Shown here: positions 1 through 12,140 of the stretch, piece after piece | Layout: every line of letters starts with the position of its first letter | Numbering within the stretch: position 1 is the first letter of the stretch | DNA from: Acidimicrobiia bacterium | GTDB taxonomy: Bacteria; Actinomycetota; Acidimicrobiia; Spongiisociales; Spongiisociaceae | Assembly: GCA_041576165.1 (NCBI GenBank) | Contig: JBFGLM010000039.1 | Coordinates: forward strand, 1 to 46,027 | Length of the DNA: 46,027 nucleotides | Direction of reading: 5' to 3' | Notes under the pieces: model-generated | What the model was told of the DNA's origin: nothing | What the model saw: the letters and a program-made list of their open reading frames with translations, nothing else | Databases searched by the model: none | Translations under genes and position numbers: made by a program

Positions 1-6
1 CTCCCA

Positions 7-38
7 GTATTCGGCCGGATACTGATCCGGCCGAATAC
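7..38 (-). terminator. Perfect 14-bp hairpin just downstream of the ABC importer operon
   Basis: GTATTCGGCCGGAT-ACTG-ATCCGGCCGAATAC, 4 nt past the stop of the last minus-strand gene; no clear U-tract. Confidence 0.65.
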
Positions 39-42
39 CCGA

Positions 43-459
43 TTACCCCATGGGTCGGATCGACTCGACCCAGAAGAGGCGGGCGATCCTGTCGAGGTCG
101 TCCTGGGTGACCGCCCGCAGCCGGGCGCCGTTTTGCGTGAGGTCGCGGAGCCGGCCGGAGTAGACGCCGAGCTCCGACAGCGCCTCGCGATGATATGTCT
201 CCATCTCAAACGGGACGATCACCTCGATGTCAACCGCCGAGGCGTTGCGATCGATGGCGGGGTCGATCTTGCCTCCGGCATTGGCGCGGCCCCAGATCGG
301 GCCGGCCAGCAAGATGAACGCCAGCAGCAACACGCCGATGGCCGGCTTGATCCACGGCCGTTCCTTGGTGTCGTCTCCCGCAAAATCCTGCGCACGCGAC
401 GCACCGGCCGCCGACTCTTCTACCCCGTCATCGAGAGCTTCGGGGCGGTCGATGGTCAT
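43..459 (-). CDS. Hypothetical single-pass membrane protein, last gene of the ABC operon
   Basis: ATG at 459 overlaps the permease stop (ATGA); MTIDRPEAL..., one hydrophobic segment (IGVLLLAFILLAGPIWG). Confidence 0.7.
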   Translation of the reverse strand: MTIDRPEALDDGVEESAAGASRAQDFAGDDTKERPWIKPAIGVLLLAFILLAGPIWGRANAGGKIDPAIDRNASAVDIEVIVPFEMETYHREALSELGVYSGRLRDLTQNGARLRAVTQDDLDRIARLFWVESIRPMG

Positions 460-1259
460 GTCGCCGTCTCCACCAGCCCCCACCGCTCGATCGTTCGTTT
501 CTCGAGCGGGGCGAGGATCCAGCGGTCCATGATCATGCCAATGGCGCCGATGGACAGGGCGCTGGCGATGATGATGTCGGTGCGGGCGAACTCCTGGGCG
601 ATGAAGATCCACTGACCCAGGCCGGAGGTGGCACCGACCAGCTCAGCGGCGATGACGGCGCGCCATCCGAAACCGAGGCCCGATCGCAGTCCCGACATGA
701 TGTAGGGCATTGCGCCCGGGAGGATGACCTGTCGGATCACCTGCGTCTTCGAAGCGCCGAGGGTCAGCAGCCCGTTCTCCAGCACCGTCGGGACCAGCCG
801 CACACCCAACATGGTGTTGCCGAAGATGAGGAAGAACGCCGAGTTCCAGATGATGAACACGACCATGGAGGTTCCGGTGCCGAACCATGCGATCGCCAGT
901 GGGACCCAGGCGATACCCGAGATCGCATTGAGGAACGTCGTCAGCGGACCGAGAAACTCGGAAACACGGCGGCTGAGTCCAGCGGCAAGCCCGAGCGTGA
1001 CCCCTGTGATCGCTGCCACGATGAACCCGAGGACGAGCCGGCGAATGCTGGCCAGTACATTGGTGATGTACTCGGCTTCGGCGAATGGCACCTCGAAAGT
1101 GGGAATCGGGCCGGCCATCACTCCCGGCGGCAGATCGAGCGCGGCGATAGCGCCGATCCAGGCGAGCCCCACCAGCGCGAAGGGGACGAGCTTGGCGATT
1201 CCTTTCTTGATGCGGCGGCCGACCGGAACGCCGGTGACGGGTGCGGTGGCGGTGGTCAT
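456..1259 (-). CDS. ABC transporter permease (SsuC/TauC/NitT class)
   Basis: Multiple TMs; EAA-like loop ENGLLTLGASKTQVIRQVILPGAMP; GWRAVIAAELV; ATGA coupling at 1256-1259. Confidence 0.92.
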   Translation of the reverse strand: MTTATAPVTGVPVGRRIKKGIAKLVPFALVGLAWIGAIAALDLPPGVMAGPIPTFEVPFAEAEYITNVLASIRRLVLGFIVAAITGVTLGLAAGLSRRVSEFLGPLTTFLNAISGIAWVPLAIAWFGTGTSMVVFIIWNSAFFLIFGNTMLGVRLVPTVLENGLLTLGASKTQVIRQVILPGAMPYIMSGLRSGLGFGWRAVIAAELVGATSGLGQWIFIAQEFARTDIIIASALSIGAIGMIMDRWILAPLEKRTIERWGLVETAT

Positions 1260-2110
1260 GAGCGCACCATCCCCCACCGATGAACCGTGTACTCCTCGAT
1301 CGGGCGCAAGATCAGCCGGTCGATCAATAGCCATAGCAACCCGAGCAGGATCATGCCCAGCATCACCCGGTCGATGGCACCGGCAGTCCGCCCTTGGAAA
1401 AGCATGAACCCGATTCCGCCGCCGCCGACCACGAACTCGCCGGCGATGAGTGCCCGCCAGCCGTACCCGATGCCGAGGCGCAACCCGGTCATGACGGACG
1501 GGAATGAGCCCGGCATGTAAACATCGCGCACGATGCGATACCATCCGGCGCCGAGCGTGCGGGCGGCGTCACGAAAGCGCGGGGGGATGGTGCGGACGCC
1601 GATCATCGAGTTGAACACCACCGGGAACAGCATCGTGTACACGATGACCGACGTGATCGTGCGTTCAGTGAAGCCAAACCAAGAGATCATCAGCGGCAAC
1701 CAGGCAATGCCCGAAACGGCGTTGAAGAAGCGCAACACCGGCTCGGCTGCATCCGAGATTTCACGGTCGAGACCGAGCAGCCAGCCGAGCGGGACGCCGA
1801 CCAGCACTCCTACCGCTACCCCGATCGCAAGGCGCCCGAGACTGATGGCCACATAGGCCGAGAACGTGCCTTCGCTGATGATCTCAACGAGCGTGCCGAG
1901 CACGTTCTGGGGCGGGACCAGGATCACCTCGGAGGGGCGGAAGAAGAACCAGATGCCCCACCAGATGGCGATCATCACTGCGAACGGGAAAAGCGCCCGC
2001 GCAGTCCCGGTCATGCCGCGACGGCGGCGTAGCTGGGCGGCTTCGGCTTGGGCCGCCCGGACCGCGCCCAGGTCCTTCCCGGTTGCCGTGATGTCTTCGC
2101 GGATCGTCAT
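1256..2110 (-). CDS. ABC transporter permease (SsuC/TauC/NitT class)
   Basis: DAARTLGA EAA loop; GWRALIAGEFV; multiple TMs. Confidence 0.92.
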   Translation of the reverse strand: MTIREDITATGKDLGAVRAAQAEAAQLRRRRGMTGTARALFPFAVMIAIWWGIWFFFRPSEVILVPPQNVLGTLVEIISEGTFSAYVAISLGRLAIGVAVGVLVGVPLGWLLGLDREISDAAEPVLRFFNAVSGIAWLPLMISWFGFTERTITSVIVYTMLFPVVFNSMIGVRTIPPRFRDAARTLGAGWYRIVRDVYMPGSFPSVMTGLRLGIGYGWRALIAGEFVVGGGGIGFMLFQGRTAGAIDRVMLGMILLGLLWLLIDRLILRPIEEYTVHRWGMVRS

Positions 2111-2961
2111 GTCGCTTCTTCGGCCGCCTGAATCTCTGCCGCCTCGGACTGGGCGTGCTCGCCCCGCACGAGGTGCAACACGTGCTCGACGGTCGCTTGC
2201 AGCGAGGCATCCTGGGTCATCATGTCCCAGTTTCGCTCTGCGCGGGGAACCGGAACCGTTACCGACTCTTTGACCCGGCCCGGCCGGGCAGCCAGCGCAA
2301 TCACACGATCGCCGAGGAATACTGCCTCCTCGACCGAATGGGTGATGAAGAAAACCGTCTTGCCGGTCCGAACTGTCAGATCTCGAAGTTCCTCCTGGAG
2401 GGTGAGGCGCGTCATGGCGTCGACCGCCGCAAACGGCTCATCCATCAGGATGATGTCCGGATCTGAGGCCCAGGTTCGCGCGACTGCCACGCGCTGTTTC
2501 ATGCCACCGGAGAGCTGGTGGGGGTAGTGGTGTTCAAAACCCTTCAGACCGACCAGCTCGGTGAGGCGGGCGACGCGCTCTTCGATAACATCCTTGGGCA
2601 CTCGTTGAATCTCGAGGCCATGCGCGATGTTCCGTTGAACGGTCCGCCAGGGGAGGATGGCCAGCTCCTGAAACACGACGCCCCGGTCTCTGCCGGGGCG
2701 GGTGATGGGAGTGCCGTTGACCAGCGCCTGGCCGGAAGTGGGCTTGATGAATCCGGCCAGGATGTTCAGGAGTGTGGTCTTTCCGCACCCGGAGGGCCCA
2801 ACCACGGTGATGAACTCTCCAGGGATGATCGCCATCGAGATGTCATCGAGCGCATGTACGGTTTTTCCCTGCTGGTCGACGAACCAATGGCTCAGGCCAT
2901 TGACCTGGATGGTGGCGGGCGCTCCCGCGCCCGCCACATCGGTCGTCATTGCTTCCGTCAC
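2107..2961 (-). CDS. ABC transporter ATP-binding protein (SsuB/TauB class)
   Basis: Walker A GPSGCGKT, signature LSGGMKQR, Walker B ILMDEPF, H-loop ITHS; start GTG 2961 (overlaps SBP stop) or ATG 2949. Confidence 0.95.
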   Translation of the reverse strand: MTEAMTTDVAGAGAPATIQVNGLSHWFVDQQGKTVHALDDISMAIIPGEFITVVGPSGCGKTTLLNILAGFIKPTSGQALVNGTPITRPGRDRGVVFQELAILPWRTVQRNIAHGLEIQRVPKDVIEERVARLTELVGLKGFEHHYPHQLSGGMKQRVAVARTWASDPDIILMDEPFAAVDAMTRLTLQEELRDLTVRTGKTVFFITHSVEEAVFLGDRVIALAARPGRVKESVTVPVPRAERNWDMMTQDASLQATVEHVLHLVRGEHAQSEAAEIQAAEEAT

Positions 2962-4190
2962 TCGAGCCCGGCGCACTCGTCGACGCTGGTGGGGAGCGGT
3001 GGAAGGTCGGCGATCCACTCCGGATGCTCGGCCAGTACCTCGGCCATCACCCGCGAGTCGAGCAGGTCGTCGGCGGTGAAGGGGCGGTTAGGGCCGTCGG
3101 GGCCCTCCGGCAGCGACTCGAACCGGCCCGCCTCGACCAGGCCGGCCGCAGTCTCTTCTACTCCGACCTCGAGGCAAATCGAGAAGCGCGGATCGTAGGA
3201 GTTCCGCGCCATCGAATTGATGGCGTCCTCCTGGGTGATCCCCTCGATGAATGACAGCACCACCGGAGCGGCCGCCTCAGGGTTGGAGCGGATGATGAAC
3301 GTCGCTTCGACGAGCCCTTCTACGAACGCTTTGAACTCGTCTGGCTTCTCTTCCAGCTGCCCGTCGACCGCGCCCAACCCGATCGTGCTCAGCACCAGGT
3401 CGGCTTCTGACGCAAACTCGATGCCGTTGTCGCCGAGCTCGCGCAGTGCGGATTCGCGGAACGGATCCCACGGGATCACCACATCGACCTCACCGGTCGC
3501 GATGGCGGCCGGCATGTCCGGGACGCTGAGCGCCACGATCTCGAGGTCGTCTTCGGTCATGTTATTGCGCTTGAGGTACTCGGTGAAGAACGCCCGGGGT
3601 GTACCCCCGCCGGTGACACCGATCTTCTTACCCATCAGGCTTTCCGGTGTACCGTCGATTCCCGAGTCGACCCGACCAATCATCGAGATCCAGTCCACAT
3701 ACTTGGCATTGGTGGCGTCGCTGTTGTACGGCGCAATCAGCTTGGTCAGCAATCCGCCAGCCCGCTGCGGCGCCACACCGGTGCCGCCGTTCACTGCGCC
3801 GAATTCGGCCTGGCCGGCACTGAGCCCGGCGGCGATGTCGGCGCCGGATCCGAGCAACTCCAGGTTGACGTCCAATCCGCGGTCGGCCCAGAGGCCGAGC
3901 TCACTGGCGACGAATGACGGCAGGTGCGCCATGTTGTTCACCACCAGCATCGTGACGGGCTCGAACTCCATGGGTTCCTCTTCGTCCATGGGTTCTTCGG
4001 CTGCCGCTGTGGTCTCGGTCGGTTCCTCTTCGTCCATGGGTTCTTCGGCCGCCGCGGTCGTCTCTGCCGGTTCTTCGGCCGCGGCCGTGGTCTCGGCCGG
4101 CTCGTCCGTTGCGGCATCGTCGTCGCCGCCGCAGGCGGCGGCCACCATCGCAAGTGCCAAGAGCAATGCGAACAGTCGTCTGAGCTTCAT
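2958..4190 (-). CDS. ABC substrate-binding lipoprotein (SsuA/NMT1/TauA-like)
   Basis: Lipoprotein signal MKLRRLFALLLALAMVAAA-C after a GGAGG RBS; acidic tether; LMGKKIGVT motif; lies upstream of the ATPase and permeases. Confidence 0.9.
   Translation of the reverse strand: MKLRRLFALLLALAMVAAACGGDDDAATDEPAETTAAAEEPAETTAAAEEPMDEEEPTETTAAAEEPMDEEEPMEFEPVTMLVVNNMAHLPSFVASELGLWADRGLDVNLELLGSGADIAAGLSAGQAEFGAVNGGTGVAPQRAGGLLTKLIAPYNSDATNAKYVDWISMIGRVDSGIDGTPESLMGKKIGVTGGGTPRAFFTEYLKRNNMTEDDLEIVALSVPDMPAAIATGEVDVVIPWDPFRESALRELGDNGIEFASEADLVLSTIGLGAVDGQLEEKPDEFKAFVEGLVEATFIIRSNPEAAAPVVLSFIEGITQEDAINSMARNSYDPRFSICLEVGVEETAAGLVEAGRFESLPEGPDGPNRPFTADDLLDSRVMAEVLAEHPEWIADLPPLPTSVDECAGLE
3964..4110 (-). 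repeat. Imperfect coding tandem repeats forming the acidic linker of the SBP
   Basis: Repeated ETTAAAEEP and EEPMDEEEP units (GGTTCTTCGGC and TCTTCGTCCATGGGTTC recur). Confidence 0.8.
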
Positions 4191-4349
4191 CGTGATCCTT
4201 CCTCCACTCGGTCGGCCGCATCCGGCCGATCCGGCTTGGTCCTCTCGCCAAGCCCGGCCTGAGCGAGCAGGCTCGATCAGGCCGATTGCAAGCATATCCC
4301 ACGAGCCGAACTGGACAAGGTCGACTCGACGGTACAGCTGACAATCGAT

Positions 4350-4361
4350 ATGTTATAGGAT
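4350..4361. promoter_or_regulatory. Candidate GntR operator in the divergent SBP/cupin promoter
   Basis: ATGTTATAGGAT; same AT-nn-TATA-nn-AT pattern as the palindrome upstream of the GntR gene. Confidence 0.45.
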
Positions 4362-4446
4362 CGTACTGACCACGGCTCGTGTATGTCGAACAAATCGTCC
4401 CTCATGACCGAAGGAACGCCGAGGCGGGCACCAGGCGGAAGGCACT

Positions 4447-4872
4447 ATGGAAGCGAAGATCATTCGACCGGCGGACTTCGAGTCCGGAACCGATTACGAG
4501 CCGCCCCTCACCATCGGGTTCGGGATCGACTCTGACACGGTTGAGCGGCCACCGGCCGCCATGGGCAAGACGGTCATCCCACCGGGAGCCAAGAACCAGT
4601 CTCATCGTCACGAAGCTAGCGATGCATGCATCCACATCATCTCGGGACGGCTGAAGTTTCTGTTCGGCGACCCCGGAACCGATCGGGTCGAACACGTTGC
4701 CCAGGCCGGCGACTTCGTCCACATACCCCGCGGGACCGGGCATGGCGTCGAGAACATGTCGGACACCGACGAGGTTCACCTCGTGTTCTGCTACCCCGGT
4801 GTGCCTAACAAAGAGGCCGCAGTAACGGTCATGCTGGAGGACGAATCCGTGATTCGGGAGGGCGGCACCTGA
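4447..4872 (+). CDS. Cupin domain protein
   Basis: Motifs PPGAKNQSHRH and GDFVHIPRGTGHGVEN. Confidence 0.88.
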   Translation: MEAKIIRPADFESGTDYEPPLTIGFGIDSDTVERPPAAMGKTVIPPGAKNQSHRHEASDACIHIISGRLKFLFGDPGTDRVEHVAQAGDFVHIPRGTGHGVENMSDTDEVHLVFCYPGVPNKEAAVTVMLEDESVIREGGT

Positions 4873-4882
4873 CCGCACCGCC

Positions 4883-6118
4883 ATGAGCCAGCCCGACGAT
4901 CTCATCTCGGCGAGGGACGCCGCCAACCTGCTGGGTGTCAAGATCTCAACCATCTACACCTACGTCACACGTGGGCACCTCAACGCTCACCGGCTGCCCG
5001 CCGACCGCGCCAGCTGGTTCAGCCGCGAGGAGGTGGAGCAGCTGCGCCTGCGAACCGGCCGGCGGGCGGCGGGGACCTCACGCGACCTGACATCGTCGAT
5101 CACGCTGATCGCCGATGGCTCGTACTGGTACCGGGGTCACCCAGCGCTGGAGCTCGCCCATGCCGCGACGTTCGAGCGCGTGGCGGAGCTGCTCTGGACC
5201 GGCGTGCTGCCCGATACCGCCATATGGGAGGTCGAGCCCCTGGATCCGGTTCGGACGGGAGCCGCCGATGCAGTCCGGGCCGCCCGCCGCCCGCTCGATG
5301 CGCTCCGGGTAGCGGCGAGTGCGCTGGCGGTCGCCGACGAACTCCGTTTCACGCTCGAAGCGTCTTCGCTGGTGGTGTCGGCCCGCCAGATCCTCGTACA
5401 CCTCGTCCAGATGCTGCCGGAACGATCCGCCGTGGAAGATCCATCCTTTGCGGCGCTGGTTTGGTCCCGGCTCCATGCGAAACCGCCGGCGCCCACCCAG
5501 CTGGCCGCGTTGAACGGAGCGCTGGTGCTTTTGGCCGATCATGGGATCGCTCCGTCCACTCTCGCTGCTCGGACCGCCGCTTCCTACCGGGCCGATCCGT
5601 ACGGCGTCGTCCAGGCCGGGCTGGCCATCATGGCCGGGGGCTGGCACGGCGGGCGCGCCCTGTCCGCCGAGCAGATGCTGGAGGACATCGAAGCGGGCCA
5701 GCCTATAGCGAGGGTGATCGGAGAGCGGTACCGGCAAGGCGGAATCCCGGCGCTGGGCCAGCCACGCTATCCCAACGGGGACCCCCGATTTCGTGTGCTC
5801 CTCGACCTGGTGGAGGGGGCGGCGGTCGATGCGACTGTCGTGCGGGCGATGAAGGACATGGGCGACCTCATCCAACTCCGGGCGTTGCCGCCGCCGTCAG
5901 TCGAGTTCGGACTGGCGGTGATGAGCCGCGCTTTTGATCTGGTCCGGGGCGCGTCGGAGGCCATATTCGCAGTTGCCCGGGCGGCCGGCTGGCTGGCCCA
6001 TGGCATGGAAGAGTATGGGCGGGGTATGGCGCCGGCTCCGGAGTTCCGCTACACGGGTATCTCTCCGGTCGAGCGGCACCGTCACCCCTCCCCGCCACCG
6101 GCGCCGCGGAAGCAGTGA
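4883..6118 (+). CDS. Excisionase-type HTH fused to a citrate synthase-like domain
   Basis: N-terminal ISARDAANLLGVKISTIYTYVTRG HTH; CS motifs YRGH, LADHG, WHGG, ARAAGWLAH. Confidence 0.85.
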   Translation: MSQPDDLISARDAANLLGVKISTIYTYVTRGHLNAHRLPADRASWFSREEVEQLRLRTGRRAAGTSRDLTSSITLIADGSYWYRGHPALELAHAATFERVAELLWTGVLPDTAIWEVEPLDPVRTGAADAVRAARRPLDALRVAASALAVADELRFTLEASSLVVSARQILVHLVQMLPERSAVEDPSFAALVWSRLHAKPPAPTQLAALNGALVLLADHGIAPSTLAARTAASYRADPYGVVQAGLAIMAGGWHGGRALSAEQMLEDIEAGQPIARVIGERYRQGGIPALGQPRYPNGDPRFRVLLDLVEGAAVDATVVRAMKDMGDLIQLRALPPPSVEFGLAVMSRAFDLVRGASEAIFAVARAAGWLAHGMEEYGRGMAPAPEFRYTGISPVERHRHPSPPPAPRKQ

Positions 6119-6148
6119 AATCAGGCCGAGTGGGCGCCACCCGGATGC

Positions 6149-6166
6149 TGCATCCTATAGAATGTA
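6149..6166. promoter_or_regulatory. Near-palindromic candidate GntR autoregulatory operator
   Basis: TGCATCCTATAGAATGTA, an AT-rich dyad about 120 nt upstream of the GntR ATG. Confidence 0.5.
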
Positions 6167-6286
6167 GGGTGGACTGATGGAGGGCACGACGGCCGAAAGC
6201 TCGGCAGCGTTCTCGAGTTGTGCCAAAGCCACGCGCGGCTGGGTCGAGCGTCGGTCTGGCGGCGAGTGGCAGGAGAGTGAATCGCC

Positions 6287-6964
6287 ATGCTGGATTCGAC
6301 AGGGACCGACGTGGAAGCGTTGCTGTCGCGCCGGGTCCGGCACCGCCAGACTGCCCACGAGTTCGTACGCGAGACCCTGCGCCGCTCGATCCTGAGCGGG
6401 GAATTGCCCGGTGGGACCCGACTGGTCCAGGCCGACCTGGCCGAAGCGTTGGACGTCAGCACCACTCCAGTCCGTGAAGCCCTGCGCGACCTTGCATCAG
6501 ATGGTCTCGTCCAGCTCGACGCACACCGTGGTGGGGTGGTTCGTGAGCTGCACGCTGATGAGCTCCTCGAAATCATCGAGATACGCAAGATCCTCGAACC
6601 CGAGGCCATGAAAATGGCGGTGGCGCGCGTCACCGATGAGGTGATCCGGCGCTCGGCCCAGCTGCACCAGTTGATGGAGGACGCCGAAAGCTCCGCTGAT
6701 TTCATCGCCCACAACCGGGAGTTCCACCTCTCGATCTACGATGCGATCGGATCTCCCCGGCTGGTGGCGATCCTGCAAAGCCTGCTCGACGCGTCCGCCA
6801 TGTTCGTCAGCGCCAGCATTCTGTCGCGGCCGGATCTACGGCTGCAGGCCGTGGCCGATCACTCCGAGATTCTCGACGCTCTCCGAGCGCGAGACCCAGA
6901 GTGGGCCGCCCGTGCCATGCTCGACCACATACAGATCCCCCAGCAAGTCTTCGGGGTGACGTAA
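6287..6964 (+). CDS. GntR family (FCD domain) transcriptional regulator
   Basis: LRRSILSGELPGGTRL...LAEALDVSTTPVREAL wHTH; FCD motifs NREFH, DHSEILDAL, MLDHI. Confidence 0.93.
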   Translation: MLDSTGTDVEALLSRRVRHRQTAHEFVRETLRRSILSGELPGGTRLVQADLAEALDVSTTPVREALRDLASDGLVQLDAHRGGVVRELHADELLEIIEIRKILEPEAMKMAVARVTDEVIRRSAQLHQLMEDAESSADFIAHNREFHLSIYDAIGSPRLVAILQSLLDASAMFVSASILSRPDLRLQAVADHSEILDALRARDPEWAARAMLDHIQIPQQVFGVT

Positions 6965-6974
6965 CGCGCCTCGC

Positions 6975-9257
6975 TCAGGTCTCGGCCGCCCGGATCGCCG
7001 CCCACACTCGATCCGGGGTGAGCGGCAGGTCGATGTGGCGCACCCCCAACGGCTGGAGCGCATCCATCGCCGCGCTGTGAATTGCCGGCGTAGAGCCGAG
7101 CGTCCCGGCCTCACCGACCCCCTTGGCCCCGAGCGGGTTGAGCGGACTGGGGGTGACGGTGCGGGCGGTATCGATCATGGGCAGGTCGACCGCGGTCGGC
7201 ACCGTGTAGCCGACGAGGTTGCCAGTGAGCGGGTTGCCGTCAGGGTCGAATCGGGCTTCCTCGAACAGCGCCTGGCCGACGCCCTGGGCGACGCCACCGT
7301 GCTGCTGACCTATCACCAGCATCGGGTTGATCACATAGCCGCAGTCGTCCAGCGAGAGGTGCCGGAGCAGGCGGACCCAGCCCGTCTCGCGGTCCACCTC
7401 GACTACCGCAACGTGGGCGCCGAATGGGTAGGTGGCGTCGGCACTGCCGAACGCCTCGTCCGCTTCGAGCGGGTCGTCTTCGTCGAGCGCAGCCTCGGCG
7501 AGGCGGGCCCAGGTAACCTCGGCGCCCGGCACCCCGGCAACGCCCAGGCCATCGCCGACTGGGACGAGATCCGCCGGTGCAGCTTCCAGAAGCCGGCCGG
7601 CCAGGTCCCTGGCCCGTTCGAGGACCCGGTCCGACGCGACCGAAACCGACGATCCCACCAGCTGCAGGGTGCGCGAAGCGTAAGTCCCGGCAACTCCATC
7701 AGGCACGGCATCGGTGTCCGACTGGATGACAACAACCCGGTCCATGGGGACGTTGAAGCGTGCGGCGGCAATCTGAGCGAAGGTTGTTTGGTGGCCCTGT
7801 CCGTGGCTGGAGCCCCCGGCCCGCACCACGATAGTTCCGTCCGGCGCCACCGTGACTCCGCCGGACTCCATCTTGGGAGTCACGCCGATTGTGGTCTCGA
7901 TGTAGGTGGAGACCCCCACCCCGAGCAGCCGGGGATCGCGGTTGACCCGGCGGCGGTCCCGTTCGGCGGTCCACGCCGGCCAGTCGGCGGCGGCGAGGGC
8001 GTGGTCCAGCGCCCGCGCATAATCCCCCGAGTCGTACGAGATCCCGGACTGGACCGGGCGCGGGCCGTCGAACGGCTTGATGAGGTTGCGCCGGCGGACC
8101 TCCACCGGATCGAGGCCTAGTTCGGCTGCGAGCAGATCCATCATGCGCTCGATCATCTGGGTCGCTTCAGGGCGGCCGGCGCCACGATACGGGCCGACCG
8201 GTGTCAGCGTTGTCACCACCCCTTCGGCGCTCAGCGACATCTTGGGGATGTCGTAGACACCGGAGCTCATCATCATCGTGTAGGTGCCGAACGAAGCGGC
8301 AATCGTTGGGTACGCGCCAGCGTCGTTCCGGTACCGGGCTCGCAGGCCGGTGACCCGCCCATCGCGGGTTGCCCCCATCTCGACGTACTGGATCTGGGCG
8401 CGTCCGTGGACCATGTTGACCATGTTCTCGGTGCGCCGCTCCAGCCAGCGGAGGGGCCGGCCCAACCGAGCGGCGAGGGCGGCGACCACCACGTGCTCCG
8501 GGTAGGTTGGCCCCTTGGCGCCGAAGCCACCGCCGACCGCGGGCACGACGATGCGGATGGAGTCCGGTTCGCGCCCCAACGCGGTCGCTAGCACCCGGCG
8601 GGCGCTGGCGGGATCCTGGGTGCCCATTTGGATCAGGAGGCGTTCGTCGTTCGTCACCTGCGCGAAAATGGCGGACGGCTCCATCGGAACGGGTGCGAGC
8701 CGTTGCTGGACGAGGCGTTGGGAGATGACCACCTCGGCGCCGGCCAGCGGATCATCGTCATTCCCGGCGGTCCCGGACCAGGCCAGGTTGGTCCCGGCGT
8801 CGGGGAATACGACCGGTGCCTCGGGGTCCAGCGCCCGCTCAGGATCGGTGACTGGGGGCAGAGGGTCGATATCCACCCAGACCTGGCCGGCGGCGTCCAC
8901 CGCCGCCCTCTCGGATGACGCCAGTACGACTGCAATCGGATCCCCGACGTAGCGGACATGTCTGGAGACGAGTACGGGGCGTGAAAAATCCGTCGAAATC
9001 ATCGGCGGTGGAGTGATCGAGATGCCCAGGTCGTCTTGGGTGAAAACCGTTGCGCCGTCGGGCACCATCGACGTGTCGATCCCGGTGATCAGGCCGTGGG
9101 CAACGCTTGCGCGGACGAAGGCCGCATGGAGCATTCCCGCGGCGGTCAGATCGCCGGTATAGGCCCGGCGGCCGCGGACCAAATCCGGATCCTCCCGGCG
9201 CTTGACGGCGTGGCCGAGGATCGATCCACCGCTCGTCGCCAGCTGGTCAGTAGTCAT
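6975..9257 (-). CDS. Xanthine dehydrogenase-family molybdopterin-binding subunit (CoxL form II-like)
   Basis: VGGGFGAK, PYRGAGRPE, HGQGHQT, GAKGVGE; lacks the AYxCSFR motif of true form I CODH. Confidence 0.9.
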   Translation of the reverse strand: MTTDQLATSGGSILGHAVKRREDPDLVRGRRAYTGDLTAAGMLHAAFVRASVAHGLITGIDTSMVPDGATVFTQDDLGISITPPPMISTDFSRPVLVSRHVRYVGDPIAVVLASSERAAVDAAGQVWVDIDPLPPVTDPERALDPEAPVVFPDAGTNLAWSGTAGNDDDPLAGAEVVISQRLVQQRLAPVPMEPSAIFAQVTNDERLLIQMGTQDPASARRVLATALGREPDSIRIVVPAVGGGFGAKGPTYPEHVVVAALAARLGRPLRWLERRTENMVNMVHGRAQIQYVEMGATRDGRVTGLRARYRNDAGAYPTIAASFGTYTMMMSSGVYDIPKMSLSAEGVVTTLTPVGPYRGAGRPEATQMIERMMDLLAAELGLDPVEVRRRNLIKPFDGPRPVQSGISYDSGDYARALDHALAAADWPAWTAERDRRRVNRDPRLLGVGVSTYIETTIGVTPKMESGGVTVAPDGTIVVRAGGSSHGQGHQTTFAQIAAARFNVPMDRVVVIQSDTDAVPDGVAGTYASRTLQLVGSSVSVASDRVLERARDLAGRLLEAAPADLVPVGDGLGVAGVPGAEVTWARLAEAALDEDDPLEADEAFGSADATYPFGAHVAVVEVDRETGWVRLLRHLSLDDCGYVINPMLVIGQQHGGVAQGVGQALFEEARFDPDGNPLTGNLVGYTVPTAVDLPMIDTARTVTPSPLNPLGAKGVGEAGTLGSTPAIHSAAMDALQPLGVRHIDLPLTPDRVWAAIRAAET

Positions 9258-9434
9258 ACCATCCTGTTGTCCGTCTGCTCGCCGAACCTAACGCATGGGA
9301 CCCGCAGAGTGCGTGGCCGCATGCATCGGGTTCGGCGAGTAGTGACGTTGTTCTCAATCCAAGTGGCCGATTGGCCCTCCAATGGCGCTCAGGGTTTGCC
9401 ACAATTGCGTTCATCCTGACCTCGGAGACGCCGC

Positions 9435-12104
<2,670 letters not shown>

Positions 12105-12140
12105 CTCAACAAACGGGGTGCGCGGACCGAAGCGGCTGAC

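Noticed and set aside
3964-4110. CRISPR-like array
   Set aside because: Degenerate in-frame coding repeats of a lipoprotein linker, with no unique spacers and no cas genes
6975-9257. True aerobic CO dehydrogenase
   Set aside because: Lacks the form I AYxCSFR Cu-binding motif, and there are no coxM/coxS or accessory genes nearby
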